Origin: an uncultured cyanobacterium
GTDB taxonomy: Bacteria > Cyanobacteriota > Cyanobacteriia > Cyanobacteriales > CAWCAG01
Direction of reading: 5' to 3'
Assembly: GCA_963793425.1 (NCBI GenBank)
Contig: CAWCAG010000005.1
Span: 992,001 to 1,056,000, forward strand
Length of the DNA stretch: 64,000 nucleotides
Positions 10,361-19,707 of this stretch are shown here, in pieces. Positions within the stretch are counted from its first letter, which is position 1. Each line of letters opens with the position of its first letter. The translations under genes and the position numbers were made by a program. The notes beneath the pieces were generated by a model. The model saw only the letters and a program-made list of their open reading frames with translations. It was not told the DNA's origin and searched no databases.

Positions 10361-11452
10361 TTAAGGGTTACTGAAATTGTTGATTTGCCCGCCTCCTATA
10401 TAACGCCCAGGAATTGGGCGAGGAGTTACACTACGAGGATTAGTTTGCAAGCCTTGATTAAACTGATTGTTGTTGTTGAATGTAGAGTTTGGTATGGTTT
10501 GAGGCTGAGAGTAAACTGGTGGTGCGGCTTGGCGAGTACCGTAGTTATAAGTGCTGGTATTATTGGGAACAGGAACCACTGGAGTTAAATTCGTTGGTAC
10601 AGGGGCAAGATTAACTGGCTGAGATTGACCTGAATAATTATAAGTTGGTGGATTAGAATAGTTGTAATTGCTGTAATTATTGTAATTGTTAGTAGGGGCT
10701 TGGTAGTTACTGTAACTTCGTCCTTGGTTACTGAAAACAGGTTGTTGAGATTGAGATTGCCCTGGATAACTATTAACCTGGCTGCCTTGAACAGGTGAAT
10801 TGGTGTTATTTTCTGATTGTTGGATACTATTTTTAGTAAGCTCTAATTGTTGAATTGCTTGTTGTAAAGCGCTACCTTGATTAGCTTGGTTTTTATTATC
10901 ATTACCTAAGCCACCAAATTGAGGAACGTTAAACAAAGAGCTACTGCCACTGCTAGAATTGCCAGCAACGGGGTTAGAATCATTTTGCCCTCTAACCGTA
11001 GGTAGCAAGCTACCAAAAGCGTTAGGATCGCTTAAGGCTTCAAGGGCTTCTTTGAAAGAGTTTTTATTAGAGTTTTCTTGCCCTTTATTTCCAGCTTTGT
11101 CTTGAGAACTTTTACCCTCACTCTCATTTTCTGAATCCTCTGTCTGGGTAGGATTGTTAGGATCTATTGCCGATAAAGTTCCTGTATCTATTAATTGCAA
11201 ATCTCCTTCAGGAAGTTCCTCAGACAACTCAGAATCATTAGCTACACTGTCAGGATTGCTACTATCAACTGCGGATTCAGGTACTTGGCTAAGCTTTTCT
11301 ATCCATTGCGGGTCTTGTAAATATTGCCAGGCAAAGACAGAAACCGCAGAAAGGATGGTAGCGGTAACTAAAAATTCTGGTCTTTTAAAAGGCTGTAACC
11401 GCGCTTTGAGATAGCGAAGAGAATTAGAAACGTTTTTCTGCTCAGATGACAT
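10361..11452 (-). CDS. Membrane-anchored hypothetical protein with an N/Q/P-rich low-complexity region
   Basis: One N-terminal hydrophobic helix, then a long N/Q/S/Y-rich tail. Confidence 0.75.
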   Translation of the reverse strand: MSSEQKNVSNSLRYLKARLQPFKRPEFLVTATILSAVSVFAWQYLQDPQWIEKLSQVPESAVDSSNPDSVANDSELSEELPEGDLQLIDTGTLSAIDPNNPTQTEDSENESEGKSSQDKAGNKGQENSNKNSFKEALEALSDPNAFGSLLPTVRGQNDSNPVAGNSSSGSSSLFNVPQFGGLGNDNKNQANQGSALQQAIQQLELTKNSIQQSENNTNSPVQGSQVNSYPGQSQSQQPVFSNQGRSYSNYQAPTNNYNNYSNYNYSNPPTYNYSGQSQPVNLAPVPTNLTPVVPVPNNTSTYNYGTRQAAPPVYSQPQTIPNSTFNNNNQFNQGLQTNPRSVTPRPIPGRYIGGGQINNFSNP

Positions 11453-11675
11453 AAGCGTAACCAGACTTGCTCTTGATGACTAATACCGAGTAGATTTGCA
11501 ACACCGTACTAACTTATCTTTAACCAGTAAAATAAAATTGGTTATCCCATGTTGCATCTTGACAATATTCCTAACTTAAATCCAAAGTGTAACTAGCTAG
11601 GAATATTTGAAGTCAATCTACTGCTCCTATACTAGCTCACTTTTTTTTGAGACACCTACGATTACTTAGCAGAGT

Positions 11676-11930
11676 TTACAAATCTGAAGGTGTTTCTGGT
11701 GCTATTTCAATGCCGCCGGTTCGTTTAACGGTTTGTTGATCAGTAATTAAGTCGCTAATCTGTTGTATATCAACACCCATATCTTGGCAAGCTTTTTTAA
11801 GTTCTTGCTGAAATGTTTTTAAGTCTTCACCATAACCACATAGCTTAGCTGCCACTTCCAAGCCTTGTTTGGCATTAGCTTTGGCACAATCAACTAAATC
11901 TGTCCCTTTGAGGGGTTTATTCGCTGCCAT
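11676..11930 (-). CDS. Small hypothetical protein
   Basis: 84 aa, ATG preceded by AGAGG. Confidence 0.75.
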   Translation of the reverse strand: MAANKPLKGTDLVDCAKANAKQGLEVAAKLCGYGEDLKTFQQELKKACQDMGVDIQQISDLITDQQTVKRTGGIEIAPETPSDL

Positions 11931-11992
11931 TGTTTAACCTCTTCAGTTATTAATTTAATTAGCTCGTCTGTCTGATCTAAACTTTTAGCTGA

Positions 11993-13500
11993 TCACCGTT
12001 TTACATCATAGCCAAATAAGTTCGGGTTAACTTCACCTAAATCTAAATCCCCTAAGCCATATTCTGCCCAACGTCTTTCTACCATCTGGGCCACATCAGT
12101 ATCTGATTCTAAAACTTCTCCCCATTCGTGGTCAGTTTCAGGGGGAATTTTCGTGGTAGCATCAATGCCCATTCTGCCCCCTAAACCAATCTTCTGGCTA
12201 GCGAAATCCAAAGTATCAAAGGGAGTTTCTCCTAAGATGAATACATCCCTAACTGGGTCAACTTTGGAACTAATCGCCCAAACTACCTGACGAGGATCGC
12301 GGATGTTGATTTCTTTATCGACAACGATGACAAATTTAGTATAGGTGAATTGAGGCAAAGCACTCCAAAAAGCCAAAGCAGCCCTTCTCGCTTGACCAGG
12401 ATAAGCTTTATCAATGGAGATGATGGCAGCTTTATAACTTAAAGCTTCCATAGGTAAAAAGAAATCGACAATTTCTGATACCTGTTGCCGCAAGATGGGA
12501 GTATAGATACGGTTGAGGGCAATGGCCATCATCGCTTCTTCTTTGGGAGGACGACCGCTAAAGGTGGTTAAATACACCGGATCTTGGCGATGGGTCATGG
12601 TATGAAAACGGACTAGTGGAGAGTCTTCTACGCCGCCGTAGTAACCCATATGATCTCCGAAAGGTCCGTCGGGAAGCATTTCTCCTGGGGTAATTGTCCC
12701 TTCTAAGACAAATTCAGCAGCCGCAGGTACTTCTAAATCTAGGGTTTTACATTTGGCTAATTGCACTCCAGATCCGGCGTAAAGCCCTGCAAACAGCCAT
12801 TCTGATAAATCTATAGGAATGGGGGTAGCCGCCGCCATAATGATGAGGGGGTCAACTCCAAGGGCGATCGCAATTTCTAATTTTTTCCCCGCTTCTGCTG
12901 CTTTGCGTAAATGTCTTGCCCCGCCTCGTACCGATAACCAGTGAACAGTCATGGTATTTTTTGATTGTAGTTGCAGGCGATATACCCCTACATTGGGAGT
13001 TCCTGTTTCTACATCTTTGGTAATCACTAATCCCAAGGTGATTATTTTCCCGGCATCCTTGGGGTAGGGGCGAATGAGAGGCAGTTTATTTAAGTCTAGT
13101 TGTGCTTCTTTAACAACCACTTGCTGACAAGGAGGCAACCAACTTTTACCCGGTTTAGCTTTGACTACATCAAACAAAACTTTGCCAAAATCAACAGCTT
13201 GGGAAAGCTTTTTGGGTGGTTTGGGTTGTTGCAACATCCCCAATTTTTTCCCCAGAGTTTCCAACTCCTCTGGCTTTTCAATATTCATAGCCCAGCAGAT
13301 TCTTTCTACTGTTCCCATGAGGTTAATGGCGACGGGAAAAGCGGCCCCTTTAACGTTTTCAAATAATAATCCTGGTCCCCCGGCTTGCAACATTCGGTTA
13401 GAAATTTCGGCAATTTCCAAATCTGGATCTACTAAGGTTTTGATACGTCGCAGTTGTCCTTTTCTTCCAGGAGTTTAATGAATCCCCGTAAGTCTCTCAT
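11993..13500 (-). CDS. ubiD: UbiD family decarboxylase, frameshifted near codon 14
   Basis: NVGVYRLQ, EFVLEG, DGPFGDHMGYY, GIDATTK. ATG at 13500 gives MRDLRGFIKLLEE and needs one more A to join KGQLRRIKTLVDPDLEIAEIS. Confidence 0.9.
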
Positions 13501-13647
13501 GCAGTTATCAACAACTAATTATTACCTTACTTATGATCAATGATTATTCATTATTTATCAATGGTTAAGTTAATGCTAATTGTTTAAGTAAAGTAATCAA
13601 TTTCAGCAAGAATGTGGTAAACAACTACGTATTTCTTAATAATTGAC

Positions 13648-13860
13648 TTAACTATATAGCTGATCGTACTCGTCCCAAGCTTCAAATTCTGTTCTGGCTA
13701 TGATGCTTTTGTTAACCTCTTCGCTATAAACTGTTTTAACAGATTCTTCAAATCTAGCAATTTCACTAGCTACTCTTACCACAGGGTTACTATACTTTAT
13801 GAGTTGCCCAGTACTGCTTTTTATCAGACTATGGGAATTGGATAAATTGTTTGAAGACAT
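13648..13860 (-). CDS. Hypothetical protein (AT-rich cluster)
   Basis: 70 aa, ATG start, last gene of a tightly spaced minus-strand run. Confidence 0.55.
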   Translation of the reverse strand: MSSNNLSNSHSLIKSSTGQLIKYSNPVVRVASEIARFEESVKTVYSEEVNKSIIARTEFEAWDEYDQLYS

Positions 13861-13896
13861 TATAATTTACTCAAGCTATGTTTTATTTATTGAACA

Positions 13897-14313
13897 TTAA
13901 CCTTCTAATTCTTGGTATCTTTTGTCCATTCTCTTCTTTAATTGTTCTTTATGGATTCGTTTAAGATCATCTGGATAATCTGAACTTTCTAGTTGTTTGA
14001 TTGCATAACCAAATTGGTGAAAAATTGCATTAAGTCTATCGATTTCACCCTGTGCTTTTATGCCACATATTGCAGTATTAATATTTTCTATTACAGACTG
14101 GTAAGTCACGACAACATCGCGAGCAGCTCCACCACAAATAATGGTTAATCCAGTTACAGGAGTAGCTAGAGTTCGCCCTATAAAATTTAGAACTAATTCC
14201 CTTTCTATACTACTAGGGATTACTTTAGCACCACTTGAATTTTCATAGTAAACAGGAACTCGTCTTCCAGCTACAATAATTTCATCATGTCCGTTTTGAT
14301 TCATTGGTTTCAC
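13897..14313 (-). CDS. Hypothetical protein, paralogue of 14688..15107
   Basis: 138 aa; aligns by eye with the 139 aa ORF. Confidence 0.75.
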   Translation of the reverse strand: MKPMNQNGHDEIIVAGRRVPVYYENSSGAKVIPSSIERELVLNFIGRTLATPVTGLTIICGGAARDVVVTYQSVIENINTAICGIKAQGEIDRLNAIFHQFGYAIKQLESSDYPDDLKRIHKEQLKKRMDKRYQELEG

Positions 14314-14331
14314 CTGTTAGCTAAAATTTTA

Positions 14332-14658
14332 TTAATCTTCATCAACGAAGCTTACTAAAATTGAAATGACAGTAACCCAAATAAAAAGAGGAATCCACAA
14401 AGTAAATTTTGTTAGGATTGCTGCCATCAAGCCGGAAATAATAGTAGCACCTCTAACAGCAAGTTTAGTCTCTTTAGCATTAGCATGACCATGTTTCAGT
14501 TTTAAAGTTGATGTTGCTAATTTACTAGGGAAGTTTGGTAGTAAAGGTAAATTTTGTGGGAGTTTTTTATTAATCATACGTGCTATCCAAATTATTGATA
14601 TTTGAGCTGGATATATGAAAATTATAATTAATAGAAAAGCAGCAAAAAATCTAAGCAT
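14332..14658 (-). CDS. Small membrane protein (about 2-3 TM helices)
   Basis: Hydrophobic N-terminal and C-terminal segments. Confidence 0.7.
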   Translation of the reverse strand: MLRFFAAFLLIIIFIYPAQISIIWIARMINKKLPQNLPLLPNFPSKLATSTLKLKHGHANAKETKLAVRGATIISGLMAAILTKFTLWIPLFIWVTVISILVSFVDED

Positions 14659-14687
14659 TTGGTTGATTTTAATGACTTCTTAAAATC

Positions 14688-15107
14688 TCATTTTATAATT
14701 TGTCTCCAAAAAGATTTTTTTTCTGGTATTTTTTGAGCCAGTTTATCTTTCATATCTTTTATTAGCTGATACTTTGATTTTTCTTTTGCTTCTTCTGAGT
14801 ATTTACCACTAACTACTTGATTAATTACTGCTCCAAAATTCTTATACACTTCTTTGATGAATTTTTCTCTTGCTAAATCATTTTTTTTTGTCTGTTTATA
14901 TAATTCTAAACGAATATCTCTTGTTATTCCATTTGCCACAACTTCTACTTTTTTTACGGGTGATACCAGAGAATCTGAAAGAAAATTTTCAATAATTTCT
15001 TTTTCCATTTGAATTGGATTAATTAACTGACCTTTTTCATTTTCAAAAGAAAGAACAACAGGTTTTCCTTTGATAGAGATATTACATGAGTACTTGTTGT
15101 AATTCAA
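14688..15107 (-). CDS. Hypothetical protein, paralogue of 13897..14313 (start uncertain)
   Basis: 139 aa, TTG start only, overlaps the upstream ORF. Confidence 0.7.
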   Translation of the reverse strand: MNYNKYSCNISIKGKPVVLSFENEKGQLINPIQMEKEIIENFLSDSLVSPVKKVEVVANGITRDIRLELYKQTKKNDLAREKFIKEVYKNFGAVINQVVSGKYSEEAKEKSKYQLIKDMKDKLAQKIPEKKSFWRQIIK

Positions 15108-15369
15108 TAGATTTAATTTTACTCTCTATTTTACTTTTGTATCTATCAAATAATTGGTAAATATGGATTTCGATAGTTTCCTCCGTGTATTGCCCTTGAG
15201 ATGACAAGCCCTCTAAAATAGCTTTTCCTGTGATTTGAGCTTCTATTGAAATTCTTTTTAATTCTTTCGGAGAAATTAAACCTTGTTTTTGAAGTTCTTC
15301 CAACTGTCTAGCAACTCCAAATTGATACGTATTTAATTCTTTCCTTATTCTTTCTTTTAAAATTTCCAC
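15082..15369 (-). CDS. Hypothetical helical protein
   Basis: 95 aa, GTG start; shares a C-terminal motif with the downstream ORFs. Confidence 0.6.
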   Translation of the reverse strand: MEILKERIRKELNTYQFGVARQLEELQKQGLISPKELKRISIEAQITGKAILEGLSSQGQYTEETIEIHIYQLFDRYKSKIESKIKSIELQQVLM

Positions 15370-15627
15370 AATCTGGCTTTACCTGTGAAAAATATTTTTG
15401 CTCAGATTAAATAACACTTTTTTGCGTATAAAGTGAATACACTTAAGTATACATTTAATTTTACTAATATTCAAGATGATAATTTACTTTTAATAAATAT
15501 ATTAAAAATCTTTTTTCCCTTCAATAAATTAAAATATCAGTAAGCTATCACTTCGCCTTGCACCATTACCGAAGAGTGAAGCGTTTGAATACGCTCATCA
15601 CTTCTGGCCTAAAATAAACTAAGGGAT

Positions 15628-16113
15628 ATGCTGAGAAAAAACATGAAGCTAATCCAACTAAAACAAGAGACTTACGAATGTTGGCAACGCCTTAGTATTT
15701 TCAATAGTGCGGTGGTGCAGCCAGAAAATTTTAGGGCGGAAGTTCGTACCTTTGGTGATTTGCGGCGCAAGAATACCTGGAAGAGAGCCTACTGTTCTTT
15801 TATGGCAAGGAACATTGATGACTCTTGCCTAGATGCGTGCAACTTAATCTTGATTCAGTTTAATTACCAACCCTCTGATTGGGATTATGAACTGAGACAC
15901 AAAATATTTTCTGAATTCCTAGCCCTTTCTAGAGGGCCAGAGTTATTAAAAACTGCCTTAGAGCAATTATTTTCTACAGAGCTTACCAAAGAGGAGAGAA
16001 AAGAGGCTGATGGGTTTTTTAAGTTGGCTGGCGAACAATCCACAAGAGGAAGCAACAACAGAGAAACAACTCAGCTTATGGGGAGAGTCGCAGTCCTCTC
16101 TTCAGCGTTGTAG
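15628..16113 (+). CDS. Hypothetical protein
   Basis: 161 aa, AAGGGA before ATG; FGDLRRKNTW segment. Confidence 0.7.
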   Translation: MLRKNMKLIQLKQETYECWQRLSIFNSAVVQPENFRAEVRTFGDLRRKNTWKRAYCSFMARNIDDSCLDACNLILIQFNYQPSDWDYELRHKIFSEFLALSRGPELLKTALEQLFSTELTKEERKEADGFFKLAGEQSTRGSNNRETTQLMGRVAVLSSAL

Positions 16114-16444
16114 AGTTGATGGGGTTACGGTGCGTAAAAACTTTACTCAAACCATCAAAGAAAAGGGTGGGAGTAGGAGATGTTATCAAGACTCCACAGA
16201 AGTATTGACCGAAGAAGTTTTAGGGTGTGAAACAAGGAAACTCTACGAGGAGACGGGAGCAAAACCAGGCGATCGCTCTACCTTACCAGAGAGAGGTCAA
16301 GAAGCTTTAATGACAGGAGAAATTGTCGCTACCCATGGCTTAAAGAAGAAAAATATTTTTGGCACACAGCAGGAACGAAATCAGCAAATTGTAGAAAGTG
16401 TAAGGGATTCTGGTAAAAAGACGAGGAAGTTGTTTCCCTGGTAG
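16010..16444 (+). CDS. Stand-alone DinD/Bro-associated C-terminal-like domain protein
   Basis: Pattern R..G...RK.FT..IK..G...Y...T......LG.....L....G...L...E..A...L...N..G...G...R resembles the helical domain C-terminal to Bro-N in DinD and phage antirepressor-like proteins; AGAGG before ATG. Confidence 0.55.
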   Translation: MGFLSWLANNPQEEATTEKQLSLWGESQSSLQRCRVDGVTVRKNFTQTIKEKGGSRRCYQDSTEVLTEEVLGCETRKLYEETGAKPGDRSTLPERGQEALMTGEIVATHGLKKKNIFGTQQERNQQIVESVRDSGKKTRKLFPW

Positions 16445-16448
16445 CTTA

Positions 16449-17339
16449 CTAGATGCTAATAGCAAAGTTTTGGCTGTAGCTGGTTTCTCCCAAAGCTACT
16501 TTGATACCAAATTTTTCTTGAGGAGAACCGCTAAATTCATAACGTAAGAAATTATCTCCTGAATTAGTTGTTATTTCTCGGAAAATTTCCCCTGTCTCTG
16601 TTAAGACCATTAATTTAAGATTAGTGGGTAATTTCTCTTGATTACCTTGAGGATATACCTGCAAGTTAATGACTAAATTATTATTTACTCCAGGAATTAA
16701 AGTAACTACTAAAATGACTGGAGTTGCTAATTCTATTAATTTTGCTCTTTTGACAGCCTGAGAACGAAAAGCAAAACTAGGAGTGCGAGGTGTTAGTAAT
16801 TCTTCTACTGCTTGCCAACCTTGAGTAAAAGCGTCTTGCAACCATTGCTGTAAATTGATTGGTTTAGTTTCTAAGCTATCAAGATATTCTAAAAAACTGT
16901 CTAAGGGTTGTAAATCTTTTCTTGATAATTGTTCTCGCTCGACAACAGAAGAGAATCCTAATAGTTCTACTTCATCTAAAGAATCCCTAAATCCTACTCC
17001 CATATAGCCGAGGCGATTGTATCTAACTTCTGTGGGCAAATGAATGTTTTCTTCTCCCCTTAAAAAAGGACGACATTCAATTTTTCCTAAGTTAGGTATA
17101 ACCAAATCTGCAACATCAAACAACGATATTAAACTAAGGTTCCAACTATCTCCTTGATTAACATCTGTCTCAATTTGCAGCCATTTTAAATAACGATGTA
17201 CTGCCCAAACAGCCAAAGTATTAAGATAAACTCTCAATCCTTTTTCTGGAGTACTTTGTTCAGCCGCAAATTCTTGAGCTAAATCACGAACTGCAACCGT
17301 AATTGGAACTTTTAAACCAGGAGTTATTGTACTATTCAT
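16449..17339 (-). CDS. DUF1822 family protein
   Basis: VYLNTLAVWAV, DVADLVIPNLGKIECRP, VELLGF, NLQQWLQDAFTQGWQ. Confidence 0.88.
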   Translation of the reverse strand: MNSTITPGLKVPITVAVRDLAQEFAAEQSTPEKGLRVYLNTLAVWAVHRYLKWLQIETDVNQGDSWNLSLISLFDVADLVIPNLGKIECRPFLRGEENIHLPTEVRYNRLGYMGVGFRDSLDEVELLGFSSVVEREQLSRKDLQPLDSFLEYLDSLETKPINLQQWLQDAFTQGWQAVEELLTPRTPSFAFRSQAVKRAKLIELATPVILVVTLIPGVNNNLVINLQVYPQGNQEKLPTNLKLMVLTETGEIFREITTNSGDNFLRYEFSGSPQEKFGIKVALGETSYSQNFAISI

Positions 17340-17363
17340 AACTTATTACTTACTACTTATTAC

Positions 17364-18119
17364 TTATTTCCGGTATCCCAAATCCAAAGCAATAGCTTGA
17401 AGCAAAGGAAGTCCTTTGTTTTTCCAATGCCAGTTAAGGGTGTGATAATTGATTTTTAAATCCTTAGCAATTGCTACCAATTTATCAGGAGGATATTTCA
17501 AAAGGAGACGTTGGGAAAGAACTAAACAGTTGCAGTGGGGATAATTACGAGGATGACAATTACGTAGGCTGCTATCTGGATCTTGCTCAATATAAGTTTT
17601 TAGTTTAATACCGGTACGACTATTTTGTCGCTTTTTTTGCTCCTCAGCAATCAGGGCTTGTTGTTCCCAAATTGTTGAAGGTTCATGAGTCGGAATCAAA
17701 TCCCTAAAAGTTTCATTTCCTTGTTCACCTATAGGTACATCAAGGGAAAGGGGAGGTTTACGTACCTGCTCTTTATACTCTACTTTAGCGGTTTTTGTAC
17801 TCTTCTTGCTACGACTGCGATAAGAAGAATTGAGATTTTTCACCTCATATTTCAAGCGCAATTTGTAATTAATCCAAGCAACTAAGCTTTTTTCTACAGC
17901 ATTAGCGGCTGGCTTGAATTCCTGGATTTCTGTAGCTAACCTCATTAAAGTATCGTCCAAAGCCTCCTGATAATCAGGGTGAGAGGATCTCGCTAATCCT
18001 GGCAATTGCTGAACTTCTTGTAATAGTTGGTTCATTGCTTTACGCCAAGGCAAGCTGCTTTTCGGCTGTTGACAAACAGTAGAAATGAGATTGCTTAAGA
18101 GTTCCTCCCTTGTGTTCAT
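17364..18119 (-). CDS. Cyanobacterial sigma-70/ECF-like protein paired with DUF1822
   Basis: YQEAL, LVAWIN, PLSLDVP, IEQDPD, C-terminal HTH (IAKDLKINYHTL); typical position upstream of DUF1822. Confidence 0.72.
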   Translation of the reverse strand: MNTREELLSNLISTVCQQPKSSLPWRKAMNQLLQEVQQLPGLARSSHPDYQEALDDTLMRLATEIQEFKPAANAVEKSLVAWINYKLRLKYEVKNLNSSYRSRSKKSTKTAKVEYKEQVRKPPLSLDVPIGEQGNETFRDLIPTHEPSTIWEQQALIAEEQKKRQNSRTGIKLKTYIEQDPDSSLRNCHPRNYPHCNCLVLSQRLLLKYPPDKLVAIAKDLKINYHTLNWHWKNKGLPLLQAIALDLGYRK

Positions 18120-18241
18120 AAGTTTGAACTATATTTTTTTGTTTAATTATAAATAAATGTAACAAAAAACCGAATTCCTTCTCAAATTCTCTGTTATTGA
18201 CTGAGAGAAAAATGAACTGATAGCAAAAGGGAGCATAGTGG

Positions 18242-18916
18242 ATGAATTACTTTGGGATCTTAATGGATTTTTTGCGAAATCGTTCTCAGTTTCTAGATAA
18301 TCTTGACAAAGAGGCAAAGCTAGAAAAGTATACTGTTGCCCTACTTATTTGTAGCTCTTTATTTTTTGCAATTTATGGGGCAATCATTGGTTCTTTTAGT
18401 GGCTGGCTGCAAATGCTAGCTTCAGCAGTTAAGTTGCCAGCTTTGTACTTGCTTACCTTAATAATTTGCTTGCCAACTTTATACTTTTTAGATGTAATTT
18501 CTGGCTCTAAACGCACCTTTAATCAGTATCTTGCCCTACTCTTAGCTGGCATGGCTATTATTAGTGTGACCCTACTTGGTTTAGCGCCTGTAACCCTGTT
18601 TTTTCGCATTTCAATTAATGATTATACCTTCTTTAAACTCTGGAATGTAGCCATATTTATATTCACAGGTTTGGTTGGCGTTACTTTCTTTTATCGTAGC
18701 ACTATTTATTTAGGACGTTCTGAAGAAAGATCGCCCGAAAGAAGTAAGCAAATTATCAAACCTTGGTTATTTCTATATGGTTTAGTAGGTAGTCAATTGG
18801 GATGGGTATTAAGACCTTTTTTCGGCTCTCCAGATCGTCCTTTCCAGCTTTTTCGCGAAATAGAAAGCAACTTTTATTTGCATTTTTGGAAACTTATTGT
18901 CAATACTTTCAACTGA
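18242..18916 (+). CDS. Multi-TM membrane protein (Yip1-like; family often mislabelled actin-binding WH2)
   Basis: SAVKLPALYLLTLIICLPTLYF, W.FLYGLVGSQLGWVLRPFFG. Confidence 0.75.
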   Translation: MNYFGILMDFLRNRSQFLDNLDKEAKLEKYTVALLICSSLFFAIYGAIIGSFSGWLQMLASAVKLPALYLLTLIICLPTLYFLDVISGSKRTFNQYLALLLAGMAIISVTLLGLAPVTLFFRISINDYTFFKLWNVAIFIFTGLVGVTFFYRSTIYLGRSEERSPERSKQIIKPWLFLYGLVGSQLGWVLRPFFGSPDRPFQLFREIESNFYLHFWKLIVNTFN

Positions 18917-18971
18917 AAAATGATTGCACTATGAGCAGTTTGCCTAAAATGAAAAGAGTAGCTAAATACCA

Positions 18972-19685
18972 ATGGAAATTGATTTAGAAAGCTTAAAATT
19001 AACTCCAGAACAACTGGAAGACTTGGTAGAATTAGATACTAGCACTACTATTGCTGTGGATTTTTACCGAGCCTTTGTCTTCAAAAAACCTCAGCAAATC
19101 TTTTCTGTACTAATTACTGAGTTAGCCTTGTTCGTGGCAATGCTCATTTCTATTTATCCTATCACTCTAATCATTCTCAGAAATTCAAACAACCTACCAA
19201 CAACTACTGCTGGAACAAATCAACTTTTACTGGTACTTTTGTTTTTTTCTTTGGTTTGTTTAGCAGGAATAAATGCTTATATTTGGCGAGGGGCTAAAAG
19301 TTTGAAATCTTTAGCTAGATTAATGGAGGAAACTGATAAGTATAATAGTGTTGTTCACACTCTTGAAGTTATGGAAAGACTAGACTCAGTTAGTGGCGCA
19401 AATAGTATTCAAAATCGTGGAGAAGTTTTTGAGATATTACAAGCGACAAAGAGGAGTTTAATTAGTGCTGTTAATATTGAAAAAGTGATGAGGAAACACC
19501 AAGGTTTCCTCGCCAATCGTCAAGACTTAGTTACAAGTTTGGAAAATAACTTAACGACTTTAATCACTTTTGATCCTAGTAGCGCTGCTCAAGAATATCA
19601 ACAACTACTTAATGACACCTTACAAATTGGTATGACAGTACATAAAGAGGTAGGAAAATTACAGAGTCGTAGGAGAAAAACCTAA
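18972..19685 (+). CDS. Two-TM coiled-coil hypothetical protein
   Basis: Two hydrophobic helices, then a long helical region. Confidence 0.7.
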   Translation: MEIDLESLKLTPEQLEDLVELDTSTTIAVDFYRAFVFKKPQQIFSVLITELALFVAMLISIYPITLIILRNSNNLPTTTAGTNQLLLVLLFFSLVCLAGINAYIWRGAKSLKSLARLMEETDKYNSVVHTLEVMERLDSVSGANSIQNRGEVFEILQATKRSLISAVNIEKVMRKHQGFLANRQDLVTSLENNLTTLITFDPSSAAQEYQQLLNDTLQIGMTVHKEVGKLQSRRRKT

Positions 19686-19707
19686 GACTCTGGTGAAATT
19701 ATCCGTG

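Noticed and set aside
13500..16444. Prophage or integrative element
   Set aside because: No integrase, structural genes, tRNA or att repeats seen
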